DNA of 64,000 bases from Bacillota bacterium (lineage in GTDB: Bacteria; Bacillota; Clostridia; Acetivibrionales; DTU013): NCBI GenBank assembly GCA_023435745.1, contig JAEZMD010000018.1, forward strand, positions 344,090-408,089. Reading direction: 5' to 3'. Under the pieces are notes generated by a model that was given only the letters and a program-made list of their open reading frames with translations, was not told where the DNA came from and did not search any database. Of the stretch, positions 47,996 through 58,670 are shown one piece after another; position 1 is the first letter of the stretch, and every line of letters begins with the position of its first letter. The position numbers and the translations under genes were made by a program.

Positions 47996-48901
47996 CTAAT
48001 AACGTCTTTGAAACCTATTCCTGATAAATATCGCGGCTGAATTCATTACAAACAAGAGCACCAGCAGGACTACTATAGCAGCCGCTGCAAGATTTGCGTA
48101 TTCTTTAGTAAGAACAGTGTCAAGTGTCCAATAGTATATTTGAATGGGAAGTGCTGTAAAATCATCCATGAATCCATTAGGTGTTTTCAGTAATAATGCG
48201 GGTATACCCAGGACGACCAATGGAGCCGTTTCACCTATGGCTCTTGAAAGGGACAGGATAGAACCCGTCATAATACTGGGCAATGCAGTGGGTAACACAA
48301 TTTTCCTGATGGTGGTCCACTTGCTGGCACCCAAGGCATATGAAGCATCTCTTAAAAACCCCGGTACTGCGCGGATTGCTTCCTGACTTGATACAACAAC
48401 GATCGGAAGAACCAGCAAAGACATTGTAAAACCTCCTGCGAGAATACTGGAGCCTAGTTTAAGCATTCTGCTGAAAACCGTTAATCCAAGCAGACCAAAG
48501 ATAACGGAAGGTACTCCTGATAAATTTGATATATTAATATTTATAAGACTATGAATGAAGCCATTTTTTAAGTATTCTTCCAAGAATACCGCTGTTGCGA
48601 CTCCCAAAAACAGCGTTACGGGTGCGACAACCAGCATAAGCAGAGCAGAGCCGATTAGAACTCCCTTTATTCCTGCTTTTCCAGGAGAAATCGATAATTT
48701 GCTTGTCAGGAATTGAATATCCAGCCAGCCAATACTCTGACTGAGCACTCTATATATTAGTAAAGCTAAAACAAACAATGCAAATATAATGGTAAGTGAA
48801 AACAGTCTCTTTGCCGCCTTATCCAGCAGAATTCTTCTTTTTATTCTCTTTCGGGCTATTTCAGGATTGATATATGTTTTCATGACCCTTTCAGCGCTCA
48901 T
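47996..48901 (-). CDS. pstA: Phosphate ABC transporter permease PstA
   Basis: Shows the BPD permease fold with EAIRAVP...[10 protein letters not shown], in a pst context. Confidence 0.88.
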   Translation of the reverse strand: MSAERVMKTYINPEIARKRIKRRILLDKAAKRLFSLTIIFALFVLALLIYRVLSQSIGWLDIQFLTSKLSISPGKAGIKGVLIGSALLMLVVAPVTLFLGVATAVFLEEYLKNGFIHSLININISNLSGVPSVIFGLLGLTVFSRMLKLGSSILAGGFTMSLLVLPIVVVSSQEAIRAVPGFLRDASYALGASKWTTIRKIVLPTALPSIMTGSILSLSRAIGETAPLVVLGIPALLLKTPNGFMDDFTALPIQIYYWTLDTVLTKEYANLAAAAIVVLLVLLFVMNSAAIFIRNRFQRRY

Positions 48902-49818
48902 GCTCGATACTCCCTTCTAAACTTTGCCGTAACATACTTCGCACCAAGATTCATGATCAATGTAAAGACGAAAAGGAGCAGTCCCACCGCATATAAGCTG
49001 TAGTATCCGATTGTGCCGCTGCCGGCATCACCGCTTGTAAATTCTACGATATAGCCTGTCATCGTCTGCATTGGCTGAGTAAAATCAAGTGTAAAATTCT
49101 TTGCGCTGCCGCTTGCGATCGCGACAATCATTGTCTCGCCAACCGCTCTGGAAATTGCTAGTACAAAAGAAGCGATGATACCTGAAAGTGCTGCCGGAAC
49201 GACTACTTTTACAGTAGTTTCAAGCCTTGTTGAACCAAGAGCCAAAGCTCCCTCCCGGATTGAATCAGGCACGGAATTCATAGCATCCTCGGATAAGGAA
49301 GCGACAAGAGGAATTATCATGATTCCCATTACGATACCTGGGCTGAGTGCATTTTTCGCTTCTAGTCCCGGAATTATTTTCATCAATAGTGGTGTGACAA
49401 ATGAATATGCGAAAAAACCATAAACGATAGTGGGGATTCCTGCCAGGACTTCCATAACCGGCTTTATAATCTTTCTTTTACTTGCCGGACAAAACTCACT
49501 CAGATACATTGCAGCTGTCAGTCCAATGGGGATTGCCACCAGCATCGCGATTGCGCTTGTAACAAATGTACCTCCGATTAACGGCAGGAAACCGAATGAT
49601 GGATCTGCTTTCAACGGAGCTAAATCCGCACTGAATATTTCTGTCAAAGGAATCTCTTTGAAAAATTTCGCCGCATCGAGAACCAGAGTTATAATAATCC
49701 CGATAGATACTACTATAGAAACCGAAGTAATTAAAAAAAGGATAGCGTATATTATTTTATCTGTTTTTTGCGATATAACATTTATTTGGTTGGATTTAGA
49801 CAAATTTTTCTTTATCAT
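48898..49818 (-). CDS. pstC: Phosphate ABC transporter permease PstC
   Basis: A permease with REGALALGSTRLET, overlapping pstA by 4 nt. Confidence 0.88.
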   Translation of the reverse strand: MIKKNLSKSNQINVISQKTDKIIYAILFLITSVSIVVSIGIIITLVLDAAKFFKEIPLTEIFSADLAPLKADPSFGFLPLIGGTFVTSAIAMLVAIPIGLTAAMYLSEFCPASKRKIIKPVMEVLAGIPTIVYGFFAYSFVTPLLMKIIPGLEAKNALSPGIVMGIMIIPLVASLSEDAMNSVPDSIREGALALGSTRLETTVKVVVPAALSGIIASFVLAISRAVGETMIVAIASGSAKNFTLDFTQPMQTMTGYIVEFTSGDAGSGTIGYYSLYAVGLLLFVFTLIMNLGAKYVTAKFRREYRA

Positions 49819-49920
49819 TGGAACACTCCGTTTCTATATGGATTAAAACGAAAAGGTTGATTATTCCTTTTCGTCCTGAATTCTGCGGAATCAGTAATGG
49901 CTTGTTGTGCAGATTGCGTA

Positions 49921-50964
49921 CTATTTGATGTCATCTAGCTGTTTGAGGTATTCTGCATACTCCGCATCTGGCAGCGGGGCAAATCCATTTACGCCGGCCA
50001 GCCTCCTGGCGCCCTCGGGCGATACGACATATATTGCATAGTCGAGAACCTGTGGCTTTTGCTTTGCGTAGCTTAAATTCAGGTATGTGAACACAGGGCG
50101 GGTGAACCCGGAATAAGGAAGCTCTTCGCCAATAGTGTCTATACCAGGCTCGATCGGTCCGTTTCCAAAGTCGACCTTTATCGCAGCAAGCTTATCTTTG
50201 TTGTTCACGTAGTAGCCGAAGCCGAAGAATGCGATGGCGTTTTTATCATTTGATACAAGGTCTACAAGCGTTGAATATTCTTGCTGGAGATTGGCTGATT
50301 TAACCATTTCCTGCTTGTTCAATATTGTCTCTGCAAAGAATTCGTATGTTCCATGGTTTTCGTTCGGACCATAGAATTTTATTTCTTCATTGGGCCAATC
50401 TGCTCTAATATCAGACCAAAGCACCTTATCCTCAGCGTTATATTTTCCCGACAGATACATGTTGATAATTTCATCCTTCGTCATTTCAGCTGCCCATGTG
50501 TTTTCCTTATTGATAACAATTGTCAGACCGTCAAGTGCCAGCTTAATTTCCATGGCCTCTATCCCGTTTTCCTTCAGTCCTGCTGCTTCTTCATCTTTTA
50601 TTTTTCTTGACGCATCGGCAAAGTCCAGCTCACCGTGAATGAATTTTTTGAAGCCTGCGCTAGAGCCCGCTCTTCCAACCTGTATGCTTACATTTGGTTG
50701 TACATTAGTCATGTATTCTTCCGCAATGTTAGCCATCAACGGGTATACAGTTCCGGAACCATCGATGATTACCTTACCCTCAAGCTCTGTTTCTTCGTCT
50801 TTCGTGAGATCTGCTGTTTGTGATGTTGTTATCTCGTTTTTCCCCGCCGCATTCTGATTATTATTCTGATTCACTGCTTTTCCACACCCTGTTAATACGA
50901 GCATGGACAGTGCAAGCATCACTGTACTAAACGTTGTTATCCTTGATAAAAAGACTTTTTTCAT
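49921..50964 (-). CDS. pstS: Phosphate-binding lipoprotein PstS
   Basis: Carries a lipobox (LVLTGC), and GSGTVYP and GRAGSSAGF are typical of PstS/PBP-2. Confidence 0.88.
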   Translation of the reverse strand: MKKVFLSRITTFSTVMLALSMLVLTGCGKAVNQNNNQNAAGKNEITTSQTADLTKDEETELEGKVIIDGSGTVYPLMANIAEEYMTNVQPNVSIQVGRAGSSAGFKKFIHGELDFADASRKIKDEEAAGLKENGIEAMEIKLALDGLTIVINKENTWAAEMTKDEIINMYLSGKYNAEDKVLWSDIRADWPNEEIKFYGPNENHGTYEFFAETILNKQEMVKSANLQQEYSTLVDLVSNDKNAIAFFGFGYYVNNKDKLAAIKVDFGNGPIEPGIDTIGEELPYSGFTRPVFTYLNLSYAKQKPQVLDYAIYVVSPEGARRLAGVNGFAPLPDAEYAEYLKQLDDIK

Positions 50965-51028
50965 TTAACATTCCTCCCCCTGGTTTTTCATTTCTATTCG
51001 CTTCACAGTAATAATCATATATTTCTTG

Positions 51029-51067
51029 AATTAACAACTAATTAATCCGAAGTTAAATTCAGGTTAA
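51029..51067 (-). promoter_or_regulatory. Pho-box array: four direct hexamer repeats at exact 11-bp spacing
   Basis: The minus strand reads TTAACC-tgaat-TTAACT-tcgga-TTAATT-agttg-TTAATT, with hexamers starting at 51067, 51056, 51045 and 51034. This lies about 65-100 nt upstream of the pstS ATG. Confidence 0.7.
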
Positions 51068-51068
51068 C

Positions 51069-51180
51069 TTTTCCGGGAATGAAGCATAAACTGGCTAATA
51101 GGGGAGAAACGTCCCCGAAAATCAGTCCCCGAAAATAGAAGAAACGTCCCGGAAAAGCGAGAGAAACGTCCCGGAAAATC
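51069..51180 (+). repeat. Array of GTCCCSGAAAA repeats: four direct copies plus one inverted copy
   Basis: Direct copies lie at 51111-21, 51125-35, 51146-56 and 51168-78. The inverted copy TTTTCCGGGAAT lies at 51069-80. An 18-nt version, AGAAACGTCCCSGAAAA, occurs three times (51105, 51140, 51162). Confidence 0.9.
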
Positions 51181-51197
51181 ATGAAAAGGAAGTGTGG

Positions 51198-51704
51198 ATG
51201 ATACAGCGGACAATAAGGCCGTATGACAGGCAAAAGGTTCTTAAATATGCACATAAGTGGGCTTATTCAAGAAATACCGCTTATCTTGATTTTGAAAATA
51301 TGGGAGGGGACTGTACCAACTTTGCTTCTCAGTGTATTTTTGCGGGCAGTGGTATCATGAATTACACCCCGGTGTACGGCTGGTTTTATTTCAGCTCATA
51401 TAACAGGACGGCTTCCTGGACGGGAGTTAATTATTTTTATGATTTTCTTGTAAATAATAAGGGACCGGGGCCTTTTGCACAGGTCGTGGATGTGTCACAA
51501 GCGGAGCCGGGTGATATCGCACAGCTCTCGTTTTCCAGCAGCACAATTTTCAATCATTCTCCTATCATCGTCAGTATGGGTGAATCGCATGGGCCGGAGA
51601 CGATACTTGTTGCAGCCCATACCTTTGATACTGATTATTACAGGCTGCTGGACTTTGAGCCTGCCTATATAAGATACCTTCATATCATTGGAGTCCGGGA
51701 ATAA
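51198..51704 (+). CDS. Putative amidase-domain (Amidase_6-like) protein
   Basis: YDRQKVLKYAHKWAYSRN...GGDCTNFASQCIFAG matches the putative-amidase-domain pattern. The start is either the ATG at 51198 or the GTG at 51192. Confidence 0.6.
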   Translation: MIQRTIRPYDRQKVLKYAHKWAYSRNTAYLDFENMGGDCTNFASQCIFAGSGIMNYTPVYGWFYFSSYNRTASWTGVNYFYDFLVNNKGPGPFAQVVDVSQAEPGDIAQLSFSSSTIFNHSPIIVSMGESHGPETILVAAHTFDTDYYRLLDFEPAYIRYLHIIGVRE

Positions 51705-51741
51705 AACAGCCCCTCACTTGAGGGGCTATACCGTTTTTTGT

Positions 51742-52197
51742 TTATTTTTTAGCCTTAGTAACAGTCTGTAGGTCTTCCTCTGTCAGAACCTTCTCCAAGT
51801 CAAGCATAAGCACTAATCTGTCGTCAAGCTTAGCGGTTCCGCTCAGAAACCTTTCCTTCAGGTTTGACAGTGCTTTTGGTACAGGCTCGAATGCCGACTC
51901 ATCCAGCTTGACGATTTCCTTTACCTCATCAACGATGACGCCTATTTCTGAGGCGGAGGTATTTGTAATAATAACCTTGGTGTTATCGTCAAATTCCGGA
52001 CAAGGCAGGTTAAAACGCTTTCTGAGATTGAATATGGTATAGACCTTGCCCCGAAGATTTGCCAGACCTTCGATATAACCCGGCGCGTTGGGTATTTTGA
52101 AGATCTCCAGCATTCTTTCAATACTGCTGATATTTTCAATATCAAGACCAAATTCCTCTTCATTGATGGTAAATATGACAAATTGCCGTACACTCAT
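51742..52197 (-). CDS. cheW: Chemotaxis coupling protein CheW
   Basis: FVIFTINEEEFGLDIENISSIE...GLANLRGKVYTIFNLRKRF shows the CheW fold pattern, at 151 aa. Confidence 0.85.
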   Translation of the reverse strand: MSVRQFVIFTINEEEFGLDIENISSIERMLEIFKIPNAPGYIEGLANLRGKVYTIFNLRKRFNLPCPEFDDNTKVIITNTSASEIGVIVDEVKEIVKLDESAFEPVPKALSNLKERFLSGTAKLDDRLVLMLDLEKVLTEEDLQTVTKAKK

Positions 52198-52244
52198 ACC
52201 AGATTCCTCCCTTTTTTCATAAAAACTATTGAATTACGCAACTG

Positions 52245-53447
52245 CTATGATCGATAGTTGGAATTGATCTTCACGTAATCAAGTGAGAAATCGCAGGTCC
52301 ATACACGATCCGCATAAACACCCTTGCCCAGCTTAACCAGCAGTCTGACCTCATTCTTTTGCAGCAAAGCCCTGGCGGCCTCCTCGTCGAAATCAACCGC
52401 ACATCCGTTTTTGCAAACCAAAAGGTCACTAATATATATATCGGAATAATTCGGATCAAATTCAGCTCCTGAATAGCCGGCCGCTGTAAAAATCCTGCCC
52501 CAGTTGGCATCTTCTCCGAAAATCATGGTTTTGACCAGAGGTGATTTTGCTATGGAACAGGCGGCTTTATAGGCGTCCTCGGGACTTCCCGCGCCTTCAA
52601 CCGACACTTCGATCAGCTTGGTTGCGCCTTCGCCGTCTCTAGCGATTTGCCTGCTCAGGAAGGTGCATACCTCCTCCAGACCGTCTCTAAATAATTCGTA
52701 ATCTTCTCCTTCATGGATAATGCCGGCATTGTCCGCCAGCCCGTTAGCAAGGACCAGCACCATGTCGCATACGCTGGTATCACCGTCCACGGTGACCCTG
52801 TTGAAGGTTTTGCCGACAACCTCCTTCAGCGCTTTATCCAGCAGCTTTCGGGATATGTTTGCATCCGTTGTGATCACACCGATCATGGTTGCCATATTGG
52901 GATGGATCATACCCGAGCCTTTTGCCATACCGCCGATCACGACTCTGGTCTCCTGAATATCCAGTTCAACGGCGACTTCCTTGAACAGCGTGTCCGTGGT
53001 CATTATAGCTTCCTCGGCATCGTGGCCGCCGTCGGGATCCATTCCGGATACCAATTGTTCAAGCCCCGGACGGATCTTATCCATATCAAGGGTTTTTCCT
53101 ATAACGCCGGTGGATCCTACCAGGATATCGCCGGGAGTACATTCCAAAAGATCTGCCGTAATCGTCGCGATCTCCAGTGCGTCCTTGTAGCCCTGTTCGC
53201 CGACACATGCGTTGGCACAGCCGCTGTTTATCACGATTGCGTTAGCGTAGCCGCTTTTGATGTGATCCATCGTAAGCTGCAATGAATGCCCCTTCACTTT
53301 ATTGGTTGTAAAAACGCCTGCCGCCGCAGCGCTGTCTTCGGAACAGATAATTGCCAGATCCTTTTTTCCCTGCTTTTTCAGGCCGCAGGCAATCCCGGTG
53401 GCAAAAAAGCCCTCAGGCGCTGTGACTCCTCCGTCTATTTTATTCAT
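52245..53447 (-). CDS. argJ: Bifunctional ornithine acetyltransferase / N-acetylglutamate synthase
   Basis: Contains GVTAPEGF and the autoprocessing site ATMIGVITTDA (ATML-type), at 400 aa. Confidence 0.92.
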   Translation of the reverse strand: MNKIDGGVTAPEGFFATGIACGLKKQGKKDLAIICSEDSAAAAGVFTTNKVKGHSLQLTMDHIKSGYANAIVINSGCANACVGEQGYKDALEIATITADLLECTPGDILVGSTGVIGKTLDMDKIRPGLEQLVSGMDPDGGHDAEEAIMTTDTLFKEVAVELDIQETRVVIGGMAKGSGMIHPNMATMIGVITTDANISRKLLDKALKEVVGKTFNRVTVDGDTSVCDMVLVLANGLADNAGIIHEGEDYELFRDGLEEVCTFLSRQIARDGEGATKLIEVSVEGAGSPEDAYKAACSIAKSPLVKTMIFGEDANWGRIFTAAGYSGAEFDPNYSDIYISDLLVCKNGCAVDFDEEAARALLQKNEVRLLVKLGKGVYADRVWTCDFSLDYVKINSNYRS

Positions 53448-53559
53448 CCTATCACTCCAAACACATTTATATAAGTATTTCTACATTCCGCATCAAACAA
53501 GTAAATTATACAAAAAGTTACGGATGTATTCAAGAAAATGTGAAAATAAAAGCAGACCC

Positions 53560-53588
53560 TTGACACACTTTTTTGTTTCGTATATCAT
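53560..53588 (+). promoter_or_regulatory. Sigma-A promoter of the valS T-box leader
   Basis: TTGACA (53560-65), a 17-nt spacer, then TATCAT (53583-88). Confidence 0.7.
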
Positions 53589-53610
53589 CATAATAAATAT
53601 TTGAAAAACG

Positions 53611-53867
53611 TTGATCGGGAGGAGTAAACAGACATCTGCCCCAAAGAGAGAGAAGCTCGCCGGCTGAGAGGCTTTTCGGGGATAAAGCTGTTGAAGGTCG
53701 CCCGGGAGTTCTGCGATAAATACGATGAAGCTTGGCTATGGATGCCCGGCGTACCGTACAACCGCAGCGGTAGGAGCCGTTATTTCTGCAGAGCAGCCCC
53801 GGGAGGGGAATTTTGGTGGTACCGCGGAGAACAGCCTTCGTCCAATGAGTTTGGATGAGGGCTTTTT
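53611..53867 (+). promoter_or_regulatory. T-box riboswitch leader, valine specifier (GUC)
   Basis: Has Stem I elements (GGAGTA, AGAGAG, GGCTGAGAG) and a candidate specifier, GAA-G-GTC-G, at 53697-99. The T-box sequence AATTTTGGTGGTACCGCGG lies at 53809-27. The terminator pairs GCCTTCGTCCAA with TTGGATGAGGGC and is followed by TTTTT (53833-67). Confidence 0.88.
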
Positions 53868-53931
53868 ATATGACCGAGGATTCGAATAATGTGCAAAATA
53901 TAAACGAGATTTTATACAGGAGGACTAGAAC

Positions 53932-56601
53932 ATGGAAGAGATGAACAATCTGGCGAAGACATACGATCCTGTCCAGGTGGAGGACCGGCTGTACAAGGAA
54001 TGGATGGAGAAGGGCTATTTTCACGCAGAGCCGGACAGCAGCAAAAAACCCTTCACTATCGTGATCCCTCCGCCGAACATTACCGGCCAGCTTCATATGG
54101 GGCATGCCCTTGATAATACATTACAGGATATCTTGATCCGATGGAAGAGGATGCAGGGTTATTGTACATTGTGGCTGCCCGGCACAGACCATGCCAGTAT
54201 AGCGACAGAGGCCAGGATCGTTGAAACAATGGCCGCGGAGGGGATAACCAAGGAACAGATCGGCAGAGAGAAGTTCCTGGAAAAAGCCTGGGAATGGAAG
54301 CGGGTCTATGGCGGCAGGATTGTGGAACAGCTGAAGAAGCTGGGCAGCTCCTGCGATTGGGAACGTGAACGGTTTACTATGGACGAAGGCCTCAACAAAG
54401 CGGTGATCGAGGTGTTCATAAAGCTATATAAGAAAGGCTTGATATACAGAGGCGACAGAATCATCAATTGGTGTCCTAAATGCCGCACATCCATCTCGGA
54501 TGCGGAGGTGGAGCATGAGGAGATGGACGGCCACTTCTGGCACATCAAATACCCTGTTAAGGGCAGCGACGAGTATATCGTTGTTGCGACCACAAGGCCG
54601 GAGACTATGCTTGGCGATACGGCTGTTGCTGTGAATCCCGAAGATGAAAGGTATGCCGGTCTGGTTGGAAAAACGCTGATATTGCCGCTGATGAACAAGG
54701 AAATCCCTGTCATTGCGGACTCCTATGTAGATAAGGAATTTGGAACCGGAGCCGTTAAAATTACGCCGGCTCATGACCCCAACGACTTTGAAGTAGGACT
54801 GCGGCACAAGCTGCCCCAGATCAGGGTTATGGATGACAACGCAATAATGAATGAAGCGGCGGGCAAGTATGCCGGCCTTGACAGATATGAAGCGCGCAGG
54901 CAGATTGTAGATGATCTGAAGGCGCTGGGTTTGCTGGTGAAAACAGAAGATCACAAGCATAACGTTGGCTCCTGCTACCGGTGTAATACTGTCATCGAAC
55001 CGATAATGTCACGCCAGTGGTTTGTAAAAATGAAGCCCCTTGCAGAGCCTGCAATTGATGCGGTCAGGGACGGCACCATTAAGTTTGTACCGGACAGATT
55101 CTCAAAGATTTATTTTAACTGGATGGACAACATCCAGGATTGGTGCATCTCCAGGCAGCTGTGGTGGGGACATCGTATTCCGGCTTACTATTGCCGGGAA
55201 TGCGGTCATATGATGGTGGAACGCGATAATCCGGATGTATGTGCGAAGTGCGGCAGCTCCAGGATCGAGCAGGATCCCGATACGCTGGATACCTGGTTCA
55301 GCTCTGCTCTATGGCCGTTTTCCACATTGGGCTGGCCGGATAAAACGAAGGATCTGGAATATTTCTATCCAACCAATGTGTTGGTCACCGGATATGACAT
55401 AATTTTCTTCTGGGTGGCCAGGATGATCTTCTCAGGTCTGGAGCACATGGGCAGAGAACCATTCTCACATGTGTTTATCCATGGTATCGTCCGGGATGCT
55501 CAGGGCAGGAAAATGAGCAAGTCTTTGGGCAACGGCATCGACCCGCTTGAGGTCATCTCACAGTACGGTACCGACGCACTGCGGTTTGCGCTGACAATAG
55601 GCAATTCACCCGGAAACGATCTGCGGTTCTCCACTGAAAAGGTTGAGTTCAGTAGAAATTTTGCTAATAAGATCTGGAATGCAACGAGATTTGTATTGAT
55701 GAATTTTGATGAAAATATCGATTTTAGCGTCGTGGACAGCCGGAAATTTACCACTCCCGACAAGTGGATTCTGAACAGGGTGAATACGCTGTCTGCTGAA
55801 GTCACAGAAAATCTTGAGAACTATGAGCTTGGGATAGCACTGCAAAAGATATATGAATTCATCTGGGAAGAGTTCTGTGACTGGTACATCGAGCTGGTTA
55901 AGCCGAGGCTGTTTGACCGGGAGGACGACACAAGAGCTGAAGCACAGTGGGTGCTCAATTATGTGCTGGGTACTGCCATGAAGCTGCTGCACCCATTCAT
56001 GCCTTTTGTAACAGAGGAAATCTACAGGCATCTGATCAATGACGATGAAAGCATCATGATATCGGCCTGGCCTGAATATGATGAGAAGCTGTATTTCCCC
56101 GACGCACAAAAGGATATGGAATTGATCATGAATGCCATCAAGGCGGTCAGAAATATTAAGTCGGAAATGAATGTGCCGCCACCAAGGAAAAACAAATTGA
56201 TATTTGTGACAGGAGAGGCCGAAAGTGAAATTATCAATAGCGGTAAAAGATTTTTCGAACGTCTTGCGGGGGCATCTGAGATCACCGTACAACAGGATAA
56301 GGCCGGAATACCTGCCGATGCGGTTGCCGCAGTAATCCCGGGCGCCGAGATATTTATACCGCTGGAGGATCTTGTGGACATAAGCAAGGAAATCGAAAGG
56401 CTGGAGAAGGAAAAGGTCAATCTGGAGAAGGAGCTCGAGAGAGTCGACAGCAAGCTGAACAATGAGAGCTTTGTAGCGAAAGCGCCGGAGAAGGTGATTG
56501 AAGAGGAACGCGCTAAAAGGGTGAAATATTCCGACATGTATGTAAAACTGATAGAGCGCCTCAATAGCCTGAAAAATGATACAAAAGGGGCGCAAAAGTG
56601 A
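53932..56601 (+). CDS. valS: Valyl-tRNA synthetase
   Basis: Contains [13 protein letters not shown] (HIGH) and KMSKSLGN (KMSKS), with a C-terminal coiled coil, at 889 aa. Confidence 0.96.
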   Translation: MEEMNNLAKTYDPVQVEDRLYKEWMEKGYFHAEPDSSKKPFTIVIPPPNITGQLHMGHALDNTLQDILIRWKRMQGYCTLWLPGTDHASIATEARIVETMAAEGITKEQIGREKFLEKAWEWKRVYGGRIVEQLKKLGSSCDWERERFTMDEGLNKAVIEVFIKLYKKGLIYRGDRIINWCPKCRTSISDAEVEHEEMDGHFWHIKYPVKGSDEYIVVATTRPETMLGDTAVAVNPEDERYAGLVGKTLILPLMNKEIPVIADSYVDKEFGTGAVKITPAHDPNDFEVGLRHKLPQIRVMDDNAIMNEAAGKYAGLDRYEARRQIVDDLKALGLLVKTEDHKHNVGSCYRCNTVIEPIMSRQWFVKMKPLAEPAIDAVRDGTIKFVPDRFSKIYFNWMDNIQDWCISRQLWWGHRIPAYYCRECGHMMVERDNPDVCAKCGSSRIEQDPDTLDTWFSSALWPFSTLGWPDKTKDLEYFYPTNVLVTGYDIIFFWVARMIFSGLEHMGREPFSHVFIHGIVRDAQGRKMSKSLGNGIDPLEVISQYGTDALRFALTIGNSPGNDLRFSTEKVEFSRNFANKIWNATRFVLMNFDENIDFSVVDSRKFTTPDKWILNRVNTLSAEVTENLENYELGIALQKIYEFIWEEFCDWYIELVKPRLFDREDDTRAEAQWVLNYVLGTAMKLLHPFMPFVTEEIYRHLINDDESIMISAWPEYDEKLYFPDAQKDMELIMNAIKAVRNIKSEMNVPPPRKNKLIFVTGEAESEIINSGKRFFERLAGASEITVQQDKAGIPADAVAAVIPGAEIFIPLEDLVDISKEIERLEKEKVNLEKELERVDSKLNNESFVAKAPEKVIEEERAKRVKYSDMYVKLIERLNSLKNDTKGAQK

Positions 56602-56667
56602 TACAATGGTGACAATCAGGCGATGTGATTACTAAATAAAGCCGATTTAAATGCAAGGGGACGGTGA

Positions 56668-58635
56668 ATGATGGATTACGGATTCGTGAGAGTTGCCGCG
56701 GCGGTACCGGAATTGAAGGTAGTCGGCTGCAGCTATAATGCTGACAGAATAATTGAAATGATCGGTGAAGCTGAGACGGCCGGAGCCCAGATGGTTGTCT
56801 TCCCGGAGCTGTCGCTGACTGCATATACCTGCGGAGATCTGTTCCATCAGGAGCTGCTTCTGAAACAGTCGCTTGCCGCATTATGCAAAGTGATGGATAG
56901 TACAAAAGCCCTCAATGTGCTGGCTATTGTCGGCCTGCCGATGGCAGCGGACAACCAGCTTTTCAACTGTGCGGCAGTTATGCAAAAGGGCGAAATTCTC
57001 GGTATCGTACCAAAAACATATATTCCGGGGTATAAGGAGTTCTATGAGGAACGCTGGTTTGCAGCGGGTACCCTTGCGAAAAGTCCTTTTGTCAGGCTTT
57101 TTGGGAAAGAGATCCCTTTCGGAACAGATCTTCTATTTGAAGCGGATGGTTCGGAGACGGTAAGCTTTGGCGTAGAAATATGCGAAGATCTGTGGGCGCC
57201 GGTTCCTCCGAGCACACATCAGGCAATCGCAGGTGCGGTCATCTTATTTAACCTTTCAGCAAGCAACGAGATCATCGGCAAGTCAGAATACAGGCGTGAG
57301 CTGGTAAAACTGCAGTCGGGCAAGTGTGCGGCAGGTTATGTCTATGTATCCTCCGGTGTGGATGAATCCACAACGGACATGGTGTTCGGCGGGCATGCCA
57401 TGATTGCTGAAAATGGCGGGATGCTGAGCGAGTCCGAGAGGTTCCTGCGCAAGAAGCATCTGACCATAAGCGATATCGATGTACAAAAGCTGTTGAATGA
57501 CAGGATCAGGCTTACCAGCTTTATGGAAGCTATTCCTGCGCGCAGCTTCAGAAAGATTCCATTCCATATGGAACCGCTGGATCTTGGAGATTCGCCCCTG
57601 AGTTCTGAAGATCGGTCTTGTGCGGTAAAAAAACTGCTCAGGACTGTTGACCCGCATCCTTTTGTGCCTTCAGATGAAGCAGCCAGGGACATTCGCTGCG
57701 GTGAAATTTTTGCCATTCAGACAACCGGGCTTGCAAAAAGACTCGCCCATACCGGCATGAAAAATGCGGTACTTGGCATCTCCGGCGGGTTAGACTCCAC
57801 TCTGGCGCTGATTGTTACGGCAAAGACCTTTGACATGCTGGGAATCCCCAGAGAAAATATTACGGCGATCACTATGCCCGGTTTTGGCACAACTGATAAA
57901 ACCTACGAAAACGCATTACAGCTTATAAGATCCTTTGGAGCCGAGCTTCGCGAAATCGATATAAAGCAGGCATGCCTGCAGCATTTTATGGATATCGGAC
58001 ATAATCCTGATATCCATGACGTGACCTATGAAAATGTGCAGGCCAGGGAACGCACACAGATCCTGATGGACATTGCGAACAAGCAGAGCGGCCTTGTAAT
58101 CGGAACCGGAGACCTTTCGGAACTGGCGCTGGGCTGGTGCACATATAATGGCGACCATATGTCAATGTATAGCGTTAACTGCAGCATTCCCAAAACGCTT
58201 GTCCAATATCTGGTGCGCTGGGCGGCGGACAATGTAGCAGAGCAAGCGGCGGCAGAGGTTCTGCTGCGCATCCTGGATACGCCGATCACCCCCGAGCTTC
58301 TGCCGCCAGACAGCAACGGCGCTATACGGCAGAAGACCGAGGAAATCATCGGACCCTATGAACTGCATGATTTCTTCCTTTATCATACACTCAGATACGG
58401 AGCTTCGCCTAAGAAGCTTATGATGCTGGCAAAACATGCATTTGAAGATATCTACGATGCCGAAACCATCTTGAAGTGGCTCAAGCTGTTTTTCAAGCGT
58501 TTTTTCTCCCAGCAGTTCAAACGTTCCTGCATGCCGGACGGGCCGAAGGTCGGTACTATCAACCTTTCACCGCGGGGAGACTGGCGAATGCCAAGCGATG
58601 CGGCAGCTGAGCTGTGGATGAGAGAGATGGAGTGA
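56668..58635 (+). CDS. nadE: Glutamine-dependent NAD+ synthetase (large form: CN-hydrolase plus NAD synthase domains)
   Basis: The N-terminal nitrilase-like domain (VFPELSLTAY, EICEDLW) is followed by ISGGLDSTLAL (a PP-loop). Confidence 0.88.
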   Translation: MMDYGFVRVAAAVPELKVVGCSYNADRIIEMIGEAETAGAQMVVFPELSLTAYTCGDLFHQELLLKQSLAALCKVMDSTKALNVLAIVGLPMAADNQLFNCAAVMQKGEILGIVPKTYIPGYKEFYEERWFAAGTLAKSPFVRLFGKEIPFGTDLLFEADGSETVSFGVEICEDLWAPVPPSTHQAIAGAVILFNLSASNEIIGKSEYRRELVKLQSGKCAAGYVYVSSGVDESTTDMVFGGHAMIAENGGMLSESERFLRKKHLTISDIDVQKLLNDRIRLTSFMEAIPARSFRKIPFHMEPLDLGDSPLSSEDRSCAVKKLLRTVDPHPFVPSDEAARDIRCGEIFAIQTTGLAKRLAHTGMKNAVLGISGGLDSTLALIVTAKTFDMLGIPRENITAITMPGFGTTDKTYENALQLIRSFGAELREIDIKQACLQHFMDIGHNPDIHDVTYENVQARERTQILMDIANKQSGLVIGTGDLSELALGWCTYNGDHMSMYSVNCSIPKTLVQYLVRWAADNVAEQAAAEVLLRILDTPITPELLPPDSNGAIRQKTEEIIGPYELHDFFLYHTLRYGASPKKLMMLAKHAFEDIYDAETILKWLKLFFKRFFSQQFKRSCMPDGPKVGTINLSPRGDWRMPSDAAAELWMREME

Positions 58636-58670
58636 CTATCCATTACCGGATATAGGAGGAACTCATCAGG

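Noticed and set aside
51104-51180. Possible CRISPR array
   Set aside because: The repeat units are only 11-18 nt with 3-11-nt gaps, so there are no spacer-sized inserts. No cas genes are present in the window.
55606-56595. 329-aa (and overlapping 197-aa) antisense ORFs inside valS
   Set aside because: They are long, but lie entirely antisense to a full-length, motif-complete valS. They have no RBS and a low-complexity composition. Long antisense frames like this are expected from codon bias.
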